From Eledone cirrhosa (lineage: Eukaryota), in the NCBI GenBank assembly GCA_964016885.1, contig OZ024744.1, positions 66,030,001 through 66,094,000 of the forward strand: a stretch of DNA of 64,000 bases. Direction: 5' to 3'. Shown piece after piece: positions 43,650 to 57,522 of the stretch (positions are counted from its first letter, which is position 1; each line of letters begins with the position of its first letter). The notes beneath the pieces were generated by a model that was given only the letters and a program-made list of their open reading frames with translations, did not search any database and was not told where the DNA came from. Position numbers and translations under genes: made by a program.

Positions 43650-44150
43650 GCATCTTCTTCTTCTCCCACTTATTCCTGAGAGGGTCGAGGGAGTAGAGTC
43701 CTCAAACACTCCTTCTAGTGAGTCCTGTCAGAAGCAACAGTCTCCAAATTAATCCAGCTGGATCCCCAAGCTAGACCAACCAAGCCCAAGGATGTTATTC
43801 AACCATCTTTCTCGGGGTCTATCCCTGGGTCTCCTGCCGGTTGGTTTTGTCCGAAAAATCTGTCCAATAATTCTTTCCTGAGACATTCTAACCACATGGC
43901 CATAGTATCAGATTTGTGATCTGTCAATTTAGAGAAGTAGCGGATCTACCTGGAGTGACTCGTTGATCTCTGAGCTACGCACTTTATCCAGTAACCTTAC
44001 CCCAAAGACCCTTCGGAGAAACCCCCATTTCGGCCGCTTGTGTTCGCGATCGTATTATTTCTGTCATTACCCAAGATCCATGACCATAGTTAAGGGTTGG
44101 CAAGAAAATTGAATTGAAGATAGCGATTTTGGGTATTACACCTACCCCCT
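43650..44150 (-). mobile_element. RTE-clade LINE 3' fragment
   Basis: IFLPTLNYGHGSWVMTEIIRSRTQAAEM; similar to 27530-27960. Confidence 0.75.
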
Positions 44151-44506
44151 TTTGAATATTGAATGTTGAAGTTGTCACATTACTGCACCAGCTCCTGCAT
44201 TTCCTGCACTTAATTCAGCTTTTTGATAAACACACACACACGCGCGCATATATATATATATTGAAATGGCTTCTGCAGGACTAAAACTGTTTCATTCGAA
44301 GGAATCAAAAAGTTCTATTCCTGTAGAAGCCATTTCTATATTAAATATTGTATATACTTTACTGTTTCATTCGGGAGAAATCATCAGGGCTTCCGAATGA
44401 AACAGTTCTAGTCCCGTAGAAGCCTTTTCTATATTAAATATTTATACACTGCTTTGTATTGAGTACCTTACTTACTGTGGTTACCCCCGATTGAACCCGG
44501 GATAAA

Positions 44507-44588
<82 letters not shown>

Positions 44589-44712
44589 CAAAAGGGATAT
44601 TTAATTTGTTGAAGAACATACATACATACATACATATATACATATATACATACATGAATGTTCACAACTATGTTGGAACGAACACTTTAATTACATGCAT
44701 ACATACATATAT

Positions 44713-44745
<33 letters not shown>

Positions 44746-45689
44746 CAAATATAATTTCAGCGAGATCGTATTTCGGCGGAACGCAAATTTCGAGATATGC
44801 GGCAAGCGCTCAATGGACTAAAAGAAGACCAGAGCAATTAACATAGGTTATAGAGGCCAGACAAAATGAAAACGGTGGTCATGAAGCTATCAGCCACCTG
44901 AGCCAAAAAAAAAAAAAGAAGCAAGCTAAACAGGTTAACAAAAGAAATATATATATATATATACATACATGGTGGCTGCCAACTCGTTTTCGAGTACGGC
45001 CACTACTTTATATCCATGTAGGATAACCCCTACCAATGCGCTGAACGAGTGTGACTTTTTAGTCCAGCCTGCGACTTGAAAACTCTGGTACAAACACTAC
45101 ACCTGCGACAATTATTGACACATAGTGCTGTGCCCCTGGTGTCATGTGACGACAAGTGCAGAGAGATCTCCAGATATAAAGCAATGCCTGTGCGGTGAAG
45201 CTTTTATAGTGAGCAAAGGCATTGCACAAAGCCAGTCCCACTCTCTTAACCAAGATGATATTAACCAAAAAGAAGAACAAGTCAACATCATTGGATACCA
45301 TCAGAGTTGCAGGTGTTTTATCAGAGTTTTCCTTCTAGAATTCTGCCTCGACAAAGGTTAAGGGTCATCTCTCCCGGTGATTTTGGATGGCCATTGACTC
45401 TTAAGAGCTCCTTTGCCCTTTGACAGGTTTTGTTTTTAGTCCTGCAGGATGTCCAAAGTCACCCTCCTCACCAAGAAACCTAGGTGGGGTTGCCAGTTTA
45501 GTCGCCAACGACCCGACCATGAGATACATACATATATACATGAGATATATACATACATACATACATACATGAGATATATACATACATACATATATACATA
45601 CATACATACATACATACATACAGACATACATACATACATACATACATACATACATACATACATACATACATACATACATACATACATAA

Positions 45690-46200
45690 ACAAAATTAAC
45701 AACAAACGAGGAGGAATATATTGAGACAGATGGCACTAAGGAATACTGGTGGAACCTGAAAATAAAAACTGCCACCAAATTAAAGCACAACCGGCCTGAT
45801 ATTGTTGTTTGGGACCACACATTGAAAACGTGTTCTGTTGTGGAAATCAGCTGCCCACTTGATGTAAACGTTGTCAGAAAAATACAGGAGAAGGAGGACA
45901 TCTACGGACCATTGATGAGGAGTTTACAAATCCAGTATCCAAGATACACCTTTAGCTTCATACCCATCATTATTGGAGCTACGGGTTATATACCAACCCG
46001 CTTAGACCAAAGTATGACTGAACTTGGATTTGCGGACAAAAAGCGCAGTTCCCTAATTCATAGTCTACAAATGGCTGCGATAGCTGGCACCTTCAAAATT
46101 TGCAAAACATTCTTGCGATTCAAGGGATGACAATTTCTTTTCTTTTACAACCTTGCCACCAGGAAGGTGGCCGGTCAAAAAAATATACTCGAAATTAAGA
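45690..46200 (+). mobile_element. R4/Dong-like non-LTR 3' end with restriction-like endonuclease
   Basis: KHNRPDIVVWD...VVEISCPLDVNV...KEDIYGPL...IPIIIGATG; flanked by (CATA)n-rich DNA. Confidence 0.75.
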
Positions 46201-46480
46201 GAAAGAGTTACATATAAATAGATACATACATATATACATTCATATATATATATATATATATACACTCACACACATACTTACATCGATTCATACATACATA
46301 CATACATATATGCATACATACACACACACATATATATATACACTCATATATATATCAGAGAACAAAACCATACTGCAGTATTATATTGTATTTAATGAGA
46401 AGTTCCTGTTTATATGTATAACTGCACTTTCCTTGTGTGTATATGTGTGTGAATTACATATATATATATATATGTATATA

Positions 46481-46608
<128 letters not shown>

Positions 46609-46743
46609 CAGAAGGGATATTCAATTTGTTGGTAATTTAACAAATATAAATGTTTATAACTGATTCAGAGCACTCGACAAGTTTTCTGGAGTAAATATTC
46701 AATGATATTAAATAAATGGAAACTATATTTATAAAACCATATT

Positions 46744-46804
46744 TATTCTATTATATATATTTCAAGGGTACCAAAACTTTGGTACGCTTTCATCAGATAA
46801 AATA
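46744..46804 (-). ncRNA. Minimal hammerhead motif, with a mutated mirror copy at ~46962-47022 on the plus strand
   Basis: tattttat-CTGATGA-aagcgtaccaa-agtt-ttggtaccctt-GAAA-tatata-TA-atagaata. Confidence 0.7.
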
Positions 46805-47402
46805 CGAAGTGTGTCATATAAATGTTGACATAACGAAGGAAAATACCTTAACGGTTCAAGTTTTCCTTGGATAATACCTTAACGGTTCAAGTTTTCCAAG
46901 GAAAACTTGAACAGTTAAGGTATTTTCCTTGGTTATGTCAAAATTTATAAAACAAATTTCGTATTTTATCTGATGAATGCGTACCAAAGTTTTGGTAACC
47001 TTGAAAAATATATAATAGAATAAATAAGGTTTTATAAATATAGTTTCCATTTATTTAATATCATTGTATATATATATATATACATATATACGATATATCG
47101 TATATATATCGTATATCTACTCCAAAACTTGTTGAGTGCTTTATATCAGTTATAAAATATTTACTCGTTGTAACCCAACAATTTTAAATAAAACTTTTGC
47201 ATATATACATATATATTTAACTTAGGTGGTTCACCACTGGATAGAACTGGTCATTCCGTATTATAAACCATGATGTAATATTAGGAAAAACACTCGACTT
47301 TATGCAACTCAACCAACTTTGATGTTGAATCTTGTTGGTGGTGCGAGAAGGAAGATAATTATTATGGAGTCATTTTACTCAATAATAATAATAATAATAA
47401 TA

Positions 47403-47444
<42 letters not shown>

Positions 47445-47575
47445 ATAAATGCTCTGAAATAGCGATATATATGTGAATATAGACATAGAATATTCGAAAA
47501 TATTCTGTATGTTTATAATAAACATTTTGAAGACCTAATCGCTATAGAATAGAATACGTCACGTATTACAATTAG

Positions 47576-47664
47576 ATTCTCGACAAAAGCAAGGGAAGTA
47601 ATCTACGCGTTTCATTCTCGTTAGAAATCATCAGGACTACATATCCAGTGCTTTTGTCGAGAAT
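47576..47664 (-). ncRNA. Same hammerhead on the minus strand, first of 4 copies (cores at 47598, 47908, 48218, 48528)
   Basis: Exact reverse complement of the 48850-48938 motif. Confidence 0.85.
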
Positions 47665-48849
47665 GACACAGCTAGAGACTTATAGAATACTTAGCTGTGT
47701 ACAGGAACTGGTTTGAAAGAGCGGTTGCCGGTCCGGCAGAAATTAGAAATTGGAATAAATGCTCTGAAATAGCGATATATATGTGAATATAGACATAGAA
47801 TATTCGAAAATATTCTGTATGTTTATAATAAACATTTTGAAGACCTAATCGCTATAGAATAGAATACGTCACGTATTACAATTAGATTCTCGACAAAAGC
47901 AAGGGAAGTAATCTACGCGTTTCATTCTCGTTAGAAATCATCAGGACTACATATCCAGTGCTTTTGTCGAGAATGACACAGCTAGAGACTTATAGAATAC
48001 TTAGCTGTGTACAGGAACTGGTTTGAAAGAGCGGTTGCCGGTCCGGCAGAAATTAGAAATTGGAATAAATGCTCTGAAATAGCGATATATATGTGAATAT
48101 AGACATAGAATATTCGAAAATATTCTGTATGTTTATAATAAACATTTTGAAGACCTAATCGCTATAGAATAGAATACGTCACGTATTACAATTAGATTCT
48201 CGACAAAAGCAAGGGAAGTAATCTACGCGTTTCATTCTCGTTAGAAATCATCAGGACTACATATCCAGTGCTTTTGTCGAGAATGACACAGCTAGAGACT
48301 TATAGAATACTTAGCTGTGTACAGGAATTGGTTTGAAAGAGCGGTTGCCGGTCCGGCAGAAATTAGAAATTGGAATAAATGCTCTGAAATAGCGATATAT
48401 ATGTGAATATAGACATAGAATATTCGAAAATATTCTGTATGTTTATAATAAACATTTTGAAGACCTAATCGCTATAGAATAGAATACGTCACGTATTACA
48501 ATTAGATTCTCGACAAAAGCAAGGGAAGTAATCTACGCGTTTCATTCTCGTTAGAAATCATCAGGACTACATATCCAGTGCTTTTGTCGAGAATGACACA
48601 GCTAGAGACTTATAGAATACTTAGCTGTGTACAGGAACTGGTTTGAAAGAGCGGTTGCCGGTCCGGCAGAAATTAGAAATTGGAATAAATGCTCTGAAAT
48701 AGCGATATATATGTGAATATAGACATAGAATATTCGAAAATATTCTGTATGTTTATAATAAACATTTTGAAGACCTAATCGCTATAGAATAGAATACGTC
48801 ACGTATTACAATTAGATTCTCGACAAAAGCATAAGTCTCTAGCTGTGTC

Positions 48850-48938
48850 ATTCTCGACAAAAGCACTGGATATGTAGTCCTGATGATTTCTAACGAGAAT
48901 GAAACGCGTAGATTACTTCCCTTGCTTTTGTCGAGAAT
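48850..48938 (+). ncRNA. Minimal type I hammerhead ribozyme, first of 7 plus-strand copies spaced 310 bp
   Basis: gtagtc-CTGATGA-tttctaacgagaat-GAAA-cgcg-TA-gattac. Stem I GUAGUC/GAUUAC, palindromic stem III ACGCGU, predicted cut after GUA at 48910, enclosed by a perfect 16-bp inverted repeat attctcgacaaaagca/tgcttttgtcgagaat. Stem II is imperfect. Confidence 0.85.
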
Positions 48939-50988
48939 CTAATTGTAATACGTGACGTATTCTATTCTATAGCGATTAGGTCTTCAAAATGTTTATTATA
49001 AACATACAGAATATTTTCGAATATTCTATGTCTATATTCACATATATATCGCTATTTCAGAGCATTTATTCCAATTTCTAATTTCTGCCGGACCGGCAAC
49101 CGCTCTTTCAAACCAGTTCCTGTACACAGCTAAGTATTCTATAAGTCTCTAGCTGTGTCATTCTCGACAAAAGCACTGGATATGTAGTCCTGATGATTTC
49201 TAACGAGAATGAAACGCGTAGATTACTTCCCTTGCTTTTGTCGAGAATCTAATTGTAATACGTGACGTATTCTATTCTATAGCGATTAGGTCTTCAAAAT
49301 GTTTATTATAAACATACAGAATATTTTCGAATATTCTATGTCTATATTCACATATATATCGCTATTTCAGAGCATTTATTCCAATTTCTAATTTCTGCCG
49401 GACCGGCAACCGCTCTTTCAAACCAGTTCCTGTACACAGCTAAGTATTCTATAAGTCTCTAGCTGTGTCATTCTCGACAAAAGCACTGGATATGTAGTCC
49501 TGATGATTTCTAACGAGAATGAAACGCGTAGATTACTTCCCTTGCTTTTGTCGAGAATCTAATTGTAATACGTGACGTATTCTATTCTATAGCGATTAGG
49601 TCTTCAAAATGTTTATTATAAACATACAGAATATTTTCGAATATTCTATGTCTATATTCACATATATATCGCTATTTCAGAGCATTTATTCCAATTTCTA
49701 ATTTCTGCCGGACCGGCAACCGCTCTTTCAAACCAGTTCCTGTACACAGCTAAGTATTCTATAAGTCTCTAGCTGTGTCATTCTCGACAAAAGCACTGGA
49801 TATGTAGTCCTGATGATTTCTAACGAGAATGAAACGCGTAGATTACTTCCCTTGCTTTTGTCGAGAATCTAATTGTAATACGTGACGTATTCTATTCTAT
49901 AGCGATTAGGTCTTCAAAATGTTTATTATAAACATACAGAATATTTTCGAATATTCTATGTCTATATTCACATATATATCGCTATTTCAGAGCATTTATT
50001 CCAATTTCTAATTTCTGCCGGACCGGCAACCGCTCTTTCAAACCAGTTCCTGTACACAGCTAAGTATTCTATAAGTCTCTAGCTGTGTCATTCTCGACAA
50101 AAGCACTGGATATGTAGTCCTGATGATTTCTAACGAGAATGAAACGCGTAGATTACTTCCCTTGCTTTTGTCGAGAATCTAATTGTAATACGTGACGTAT
50201 TCTATTCTATAGCGATTAGGTCTTCAAAATGTTTATTATAAACATACAGAATATTTTCGAATATTCTATGTCTATATTCACATATATATCGCTATTTCAG
50301 AGCATTTATTCCAATTTCTAATTTCTGCCGGACCGGCAACCGCTCTTTCAAACCAGTTCCTGTACACAGCTAAGTATTCTATAAGTCTCTAGCTGTGTCA
50401 TTCTCGACAAAAGCACTGGATATGTAGTCCTGATGATTTCTAACGAGAATGAAACGCGTAGATTACTTCCCTTGCTTTTGTCGAGAATCTAATTGTAATA
50501 CGTGACGTATTCTATTCTATAGCGATTAGGTCTTCAAAATGTTTATTATAAACATACAGAATATTTTCGAATATTCTATGTCTATATTCACATATATATC
50601 GCTATTTCAGAGCATTTATTCCAATTTCTAATTTCTGCCGGACCGGCAACCGCTCTTTCAAACCAGTTCCTGTACACAGCTAAGTATTCTATAAGTCTCT
50701 AGCTGTGTCATTCTCGACAAAAGCACTGGATATGTAGTCCTGATGATTTCTAACGAGAATGAAACGCGTAGATTACTTCCCTTGCTTTTGTCGAGAATCT
50801 AATTGTAATACGTGACGTATTCTATTCTATAGCGATTAGGTCTTCAAAATGTTTATTATAAACATACAGAATATTTTCGAATATTCTATGTCTATATTCA
50901 TATATATATATATATATATATATATGTCCCAAGGCTCTGAAACCATCAACACCAAAAACACAGAGCTGGCATATGTAAGAACTGATTA

Positions 50989-51044
50989 ACTGCCTGATGA
51001 GGTCATAACCATTCAATAGCTATCATCGAAATATATATAGCAGT
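50989..51044 (+). ncRNA. Hammerhead motif in the PLE-terminus remnant next to the array
   Basis: actgc-CTGATGA-ggt...atc-GAAA-tatata-TA-gcagt; same family as ~20490-20630 on the minus strand. Confidence 0.6.
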
Positions 51045-51276
51045 AAATAAAGGATTATGAGTTCATGCAATTGACTTATGTTTCGTCACTATATATATAT
51101 ATATATATATATAGTAATAATAATAAATTTGAAGGCTAAAATCCAAAGAGGGCTCGATAAGGATAAATATATATCAAATATATAAGAACCGTAGAGCAAA
51201 TATTTATTAAAATAACAGATTAAAGTTTAAGCAAAGAATCGCTCCTTTCACCCTTAACAGGATCTTCTGAAACTCA

Positions 51277-51335
<59 letters not shown>

Positions 51336-51363
51336 GATTTACATATACACAAACTAAACAAAG

Positions 51364-51398
<35 letters not shown>

Positions 51399-51849
51399 TT
51401 TGGCAACCATTCACGATGTTGCTCAATGACCAATTAATTAATTAAATAATCAACAATCAGAGCAATATACAATAAAGTATGTCCATAGAATCATTTGATA
51501 AAATATATACACCATTTCTTCTCCCAATCAGCATAATCAACCACACAAAAAACCAATTAAATCAGGCTATAAGATTAAAAGACACCTATGAAGAAATAAT
51601 AGATAAATAAACGACAGCTATTTATTCGCGATCAACAACTATAGAATATTTATCCAGTATTTCTAATAGCACGTGGAAATCAATTAAATATATCGTCAAC
51701 CATAATGCTTTGTCGTATTCATTTCGGCTCTCTACTGCCTCAGTTCAATATCCCGTCGAGGTCAACTTTGCCTCTCATAAAAAAGTCGATAAAACAAAGT
51801 ATCAGTCTAGTACTGGCGTCGATTGTTCTTCTAAATCTCTTTCTCACTT

Positions 51850-51919
<70 letters not shown>

Positions 51920-52047
51920 TCTCTGGAAGAAACCTACTGAATTCAGGCCTGCTGAAGAAGGGCCCCGCCAGGTTTAAAAAAAATATCTTAGAAACGCCGT
52001 ATGTCAATATGGCGCCTCTATGACTCCTCAGGAGTTACTGGTCTATA

Positions 52048-52100
<53 letters not shown>

Positions 52101-52364
52101 CCTGAGTTCAGTTTTTTTCGTCGCTTTGGTCACTGCGGCCCGCCTATCGGTCGCTGTCTTCAATTTGCAAAGCTGTCTAAACGTAATGTTATAACTCTAG
52201 GGTAATATACCCTATTGAGTGCTTAGCTGTACACCCCGACTGCATTCGTTAGCTTGGCTGCAACTAGAGCTTCGATGATGCTGTACTAAATTTTGTATAT
52301 ATATATATATATATATATATGGTATGGACCAGTAACTCCTGAGGAGTCATAGGGGCGCCATATT

Positions 52365-52442
<78 letters not shown>

Positions 52443-53269
52443 TATGGTATGGACCAGTAACTCCTGAGGAGTCATATATATATATATATTAAATATGTGT
52501 GTGTGTATCGGCGTCTCCTTAAATCCAGTTAACTTCTTGTTTTGTCAAAGACCATTTATATATAGTAAAATAAATAAATAAGTAATAAATAAAATAAAGA
52601 TGGTGTCTCTATTTGTGTTTATTTACTTAATGGTTAATCCAGCACCGCATTCGAGTCCATGCAGGTCATAAAGCTATCAGAAAAAAAAAAAAAAAGGCTC
52701 GGATTCTTATGACAAAAACCAACACAAGAGAGAAGGTGTCTACTGATGGTGTCAAGATGGGTTTTTTCTTACTTACTGCGTCCCGAAACAAAAAAACAAC
52801 AAAAACAAACAAACAAACAAACAAACAAAACAACAACCAAAAAATAAAAATAAAAATATGTTGCCTTCTTCATTTCCTGAAGTTCGCTTCAGTGTGAAGA
52901 AAGCGAAGTCAAATTAATTTTACTGTCTTGAAACCAATAAAAATGACGTGAACTTTTTGCATCAGTTCAAATTCAATTTTAGTGGCCTAAACTGAACAGC
53001 AAAAGCTTCCAAAATGGACAGGAAGGAGCTACCGGAAACGCTTTGAAGTAATGGTGAAACGCAGTCATCCGGTATACGATAGTTGCATGGTTCGATTTCC
53101 AAAGGCAAAGTTCTGTCCACTTCTTTTCAACACAAGAGATATTTTACCCAACTTATTTGATCATTATTTATAGTTTATCTGCATTATGGCGGTTTTTCAA
53201 AAAGCAAACATTTCCCAAATTTCCGCAATACTCTCAAATAGAAAGCAACAAACAAAATAAAAACGAACC

Positions 53270-53315
<46 letters not shown>

Positions 53316-53826
53316 CGTGTGTGTGTGTATGTGTGTGTATGTATGCGTGTGTATGTGTGTGTGCGTATGTATCTATGTATATGTGCGTGCGTATGCGTAT
53401 GCATGTGTGTATGTTTATATAATTACATATGTAAACACAAAGTTGCACGTATATAGTATTAAAGAAACGTTGCCAAAAAACAATCAAATAAAAAAGCTAC
53501 ACACACACACCTACCAACACATACACACAGCTACATACACTTGTATAAGTATTTTATATGCCCCCGCCGACCACCACCACCATTCCGACCCCGACCCCCC
53601 ACAGACACATATTTCTTCTATAGGTAGGAGTGTAAATGTATTTGTATAGCACTTTAGATGTATAATCCATATGAAGGCAGGATATTCACCGTCAGTGAAA
53701 TCCCATAACGTTGCCTGCCACAAACCTACATCCTATTTGTTGGTAGACTCAAGGCACCAAACGCACCAACTTGAACCCAAATGAGAGAGAGATGAGGCGT
53801 GCAGGAATCTGTGTTTAAGTTTCTTG

Positions 53827-53890
<64 letters not shown>

Positions 53891-54121
53891 TCTTATACTC
53901 TTTCCTATTTTATTTTTTTTTAATAGGCAGAACGCTATCTGCATTAAAAATAATGTGATGACGGCTTGATTAGGGGCGCTCCTGCGAATTATAACTACGA
54001 GGAGTGATACGATCAGACTGTCTGTCAGCCTCTCCCTCTCTAACACACACACACACACACACACGTGTGTGTGTGTGTGTTAGAGAGGGAGAGGGTGAGG
54101 CTGACAGACATTTAAATATAA

Positions 54122-54156
<35 letters not shown>

Positions 54157-54340
54157 TATATATACACTTTAGTTTTTTTTCAGTAGTACTTTTGTTTCGA
54201 ATACGTATAAAGTTAAATCATATGAGTTAACTAACATAGGTTCACTTGTATTCTAAGCAAAAAGTGCTTTGAGAACAGAAGTGTTTCGTCGGACTATAAG
54301 GATGTCTCTCTCCCCCCCTCTCCCTCTCTCTCTCTCTCTC

Positions 54341-54401
<61 letters not shown>

Positions 54402-54767
54402 TAAGGAGTTGACGGACCCAGCATATTTATCAATGCCAATATATATATAGTGAATAAATAAATAAATAAATAAAAATGGTGTAGGCCTTCAATACAAGAG
54501 AGGAAACATAATTGTACCACTGATGATGTTGCAGATGTGCGACGAAAGAACTTTGATAGACTATATGTATATGTTTATATCTGTATTTTTAACTGCTGGT
54601 CAATCAATGATAAACATTGATTGCCAAATAAACTATGGAGATATAAAAGATACAGAAGCGAAAACCAATCAAACCGTGATTGTGTTCTGTTATTATTTCT
54701 GGCAATATTAGTACAACAATAAGACCTCCCCAAGTGTAACAGTATATATATATATATATATATATAT

Positions 54768-54827
<60 letters not shown>

Positions 54828-54829
<2 letters not shown>

Positions 54830-55110
54830 GTAACAACTTCAGACGGCACAATATGCTTCAGGCGATGTCGGGCTCATGGAAAGGCTGTTCAAAGAGCGTT
54901 ATAATAACCATACGGCATCTTTCCGTTGCCGGGAGAAGAGAGCAGAATAAAACTCCCCAGTTACGTCCGGAAACTGAAAGAGGATGCTGTGGAACACAAT
55001 ATAAGCTGGAAGATTGCAGAAAGATGTAGATTCTATAACAATGGAATAAGGAAATGTGGATTCTGCAGCGCTGAGGGGTGGCTAATATTGAAGATCTTAA
55101 TGCTAGAAGT
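54828..55110 (+). mobile_element. PLE GIY-YIG endonuclease fragment
   Basis: Frameshifted FKERYNNH.ASFR / YVRKLKE...NISWKIAERCRFYNNGIRKCGFC; homologous to 58095-58430. Confidence 0.7.
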
Positions 55111-55169
55111 CGACTATGGGAACCCTGCCTGTACTGCACAAAATTCGACCTTTGGTTCATACATACAAA

Positions 55170-55565
55170 TGTAAGTATGTACATATGTATATGCGTGTGT
55201 GTGTGTGTGTGGGGGGGGGTGCGTATGTATGTATGTTTATATGCATGTATGCATGTATGTGTGCATATATGTATATATATTTATATATATGTATGCATGT
55301 ACGTATATATGTATGCATGCATGCTTGTATGTATATATGTCTGCATGCATGTATGTATGTATGCATTCATGTATATATGTACATATGCATGTATGTATGT
55401 ATACATGTATGTTTATATATATGTATGTATGCATGTATGTATATATGTATGTATGTATGAATGCATGCTTGTATGTATGTATGTATGTATGTATGTATGT
55501 ATGTATGTATGTATGTATGTATGTATGTATGTATGTATGTATGTATGCAAGTATGTATATGTATG
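55170..55565. repeat. (ATGT)n-rich microsatellite
   Basis: Visible directly; similar at 32850-33010 and 45526-45686. Confidence 0.9.
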
Positions 55566-56037
55566 TTTTGATTGGAAAATTGAATGAGCCGTAAAATAAT
55601 GCTGTTAATGTCGTGGAAGCAACAGTGAGAAATATACTGAATAAATGTTGGGTTGATATAAATGTTTCGCGGTTGTCAGGACCAATAAATAAAGAAAAGA
55701 TTTGAACTTGGACTGATTGCTCTGTATGGCATCCATTAAAGTGTCACGGGTAATGTCAATGCTGTTGGGTGTTTATCTTTTTTTTTCTGTCTTTTCTTTG
55801 TTTTTTTTTAATTTTTTTATCTCGACTCCTCTTTAATTCAGTTAGGTTGACATTTCAGGGAGAGACAGCAAGTTTTCGAATCAATGATAACAACACAGTT
55901 ACTCCGCCTCATCATCATCATATCAATCATTATCATCATCAGCATTATCATCATTGTCATACATGCCTTCTCCTGTTTCTCTTCCCGCCCCTCCTCCTAC
56001 TACTACTACTCGTAATCCTACTCCCTCTTCTCATCAT

Positions 56038-56224
56038 TGGATTGGCAGTATCGGTAGAGGATCGGACGCCATGCTTTGACGCATAGAGTTACGGCCCTTG
56101 CCATTCTGAGTTCAAATCCCGCCGAGGTTAACTTTGCCTTTCATCCTTACGTGGGCGATAAAATAAAGTACCAGTAATACACTGGAGATAATTGCTGGCC
56201 TTGTGCCAAAAGTAGAAACAATTA
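56038..56224 (+). mobile_element. SINE family A
   Basis: Same consensus. Older copies at ~130-290, ~810-920, ~25965-26110, ~51735-51825. Confidence 0.8.
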
Positions 56225-56814
56225 TCACCATCATCGACATCATCATTATCATTGTCATCAATATCCGTCTCCTCCTCCTCATTATCATCAGCATCCTTCA
56301 TCATCATCATCATCACCATGGTCATTGTCACCACCACCATCATCATCACTATCATCATCGTCATCACCACAATCACTATCATCATCGTCACCCCCACCAC
56401 TACCAACACCATTACCACCGCCGCCACCATCATCACCGATAATACTGCAGTCGATGATCTGTTGCCATTGACAACTGGTGTTGGTGAAATAATCCCAAAT
56501 TGATCTAAGATTTCACACACACAAAAAAAGCAATTTAAAAAAAAAATGAACAGATCTTGAATTTGAGTCGTAGAACAGGTTCTACATTTACAGACATCAT
56601 TCAAAATCGCCATTAAAATCAATAAGAGCGATCTTTAAAGTTTACTTCCTTGTGGGTTTGGCATTGTTAAATCCCGCCCTCCCCACTCCACGCCTGACCC
56701 TCCGCCCCAGCTTTATTTGTGTTCTCGAAATGAGCAAATTCTAGATTTGTGTAGTGAATAAAATCTTACACAGATATTAATTACATAGTTTTAAAACTCA
56801 AAGAATCGACAAAA

Positions 56815-57215
56815 TCCAGGTTTTCTCAGTGAAATGTGGACTATTGACAAAGTGCTATGCAAAAGACTTGACGGATGTTACACGAGGATGTTGAGAATGG
56901 CTCTCAACATTTCTTAGAAACAGAAGCTGACAAATAAGGAACTATACAGATCACTACCACCAGTCTAACGAATGAAACTGGCTGGGCACTGCATCCGTCA
57001 TCCAGAAGAGATAGCATCACAACTTGTACTCTGGAAACCGACGGTCGGACGAAGAAGCGTGGGAAGACAGGCCGTCTAATTCAATGATACCCTGCTGAGA
57101 GGTGCCAACATTGATAACATCGATGAACTGAGAAATGTCATGCTCGACCGGGACCGCTGGAGAAAGCGTGCTGAATCTTTGCGAGTGTAAACTCGGCCAA
57201 AGTCAAGAAGTCAAG
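56815..57215 (+). mobile_element. RTE-like LINE 3' fragment
   Basis: LDGCYTRMLRMALNIS and LAGHCIRHPEEIASQLVLWKP. Confidence 0.7.
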
Positions 57216-57450
57216 TAAAGTATTTTCATTATTGTGTAACAGAAATTGCTTTCGTACACATTGAGATATCAAAATTGCCCCACAGTTTCCTCTTCATTTT
57301 ATATCAGAATTTAGAAAAAGTAAACTGGAAGTATTCTATTTCTTCATATTACGCTTCATTTCAAAAAGGATTTAAGAAATGAAATAATAAAATCCAAGCA
57401 AAACTGTTTCCTAAGTCTCGAAACCAAACCTTAACTGACACGCATGCAAT

Positions 57451-57522
<72 letters not shown>

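Larger units (their letters stand above)
47441..50900. mobile_element. 310-bp hammerhead-containing tandem array (retrozyme-like), ~4.5 units in one orientation then ~6.7 inverted units
   Basis: Left units start at 47441, 47751, 48061, 48371, 48681; inverted units at 48831, 49141, 49451, 49761, 50071, 50381, 50691. Units are identical except one visible substitution at 48328. No long ORF. (TA)n on both sides. Confidence 0.9.

Noticed and set aside
47441-50900. CRISPR-like or coding interpretation of the array
   Set aside because: Units are fully identical with no variable spacers, no cas genes and no long ORF, in a eukaryotic context.
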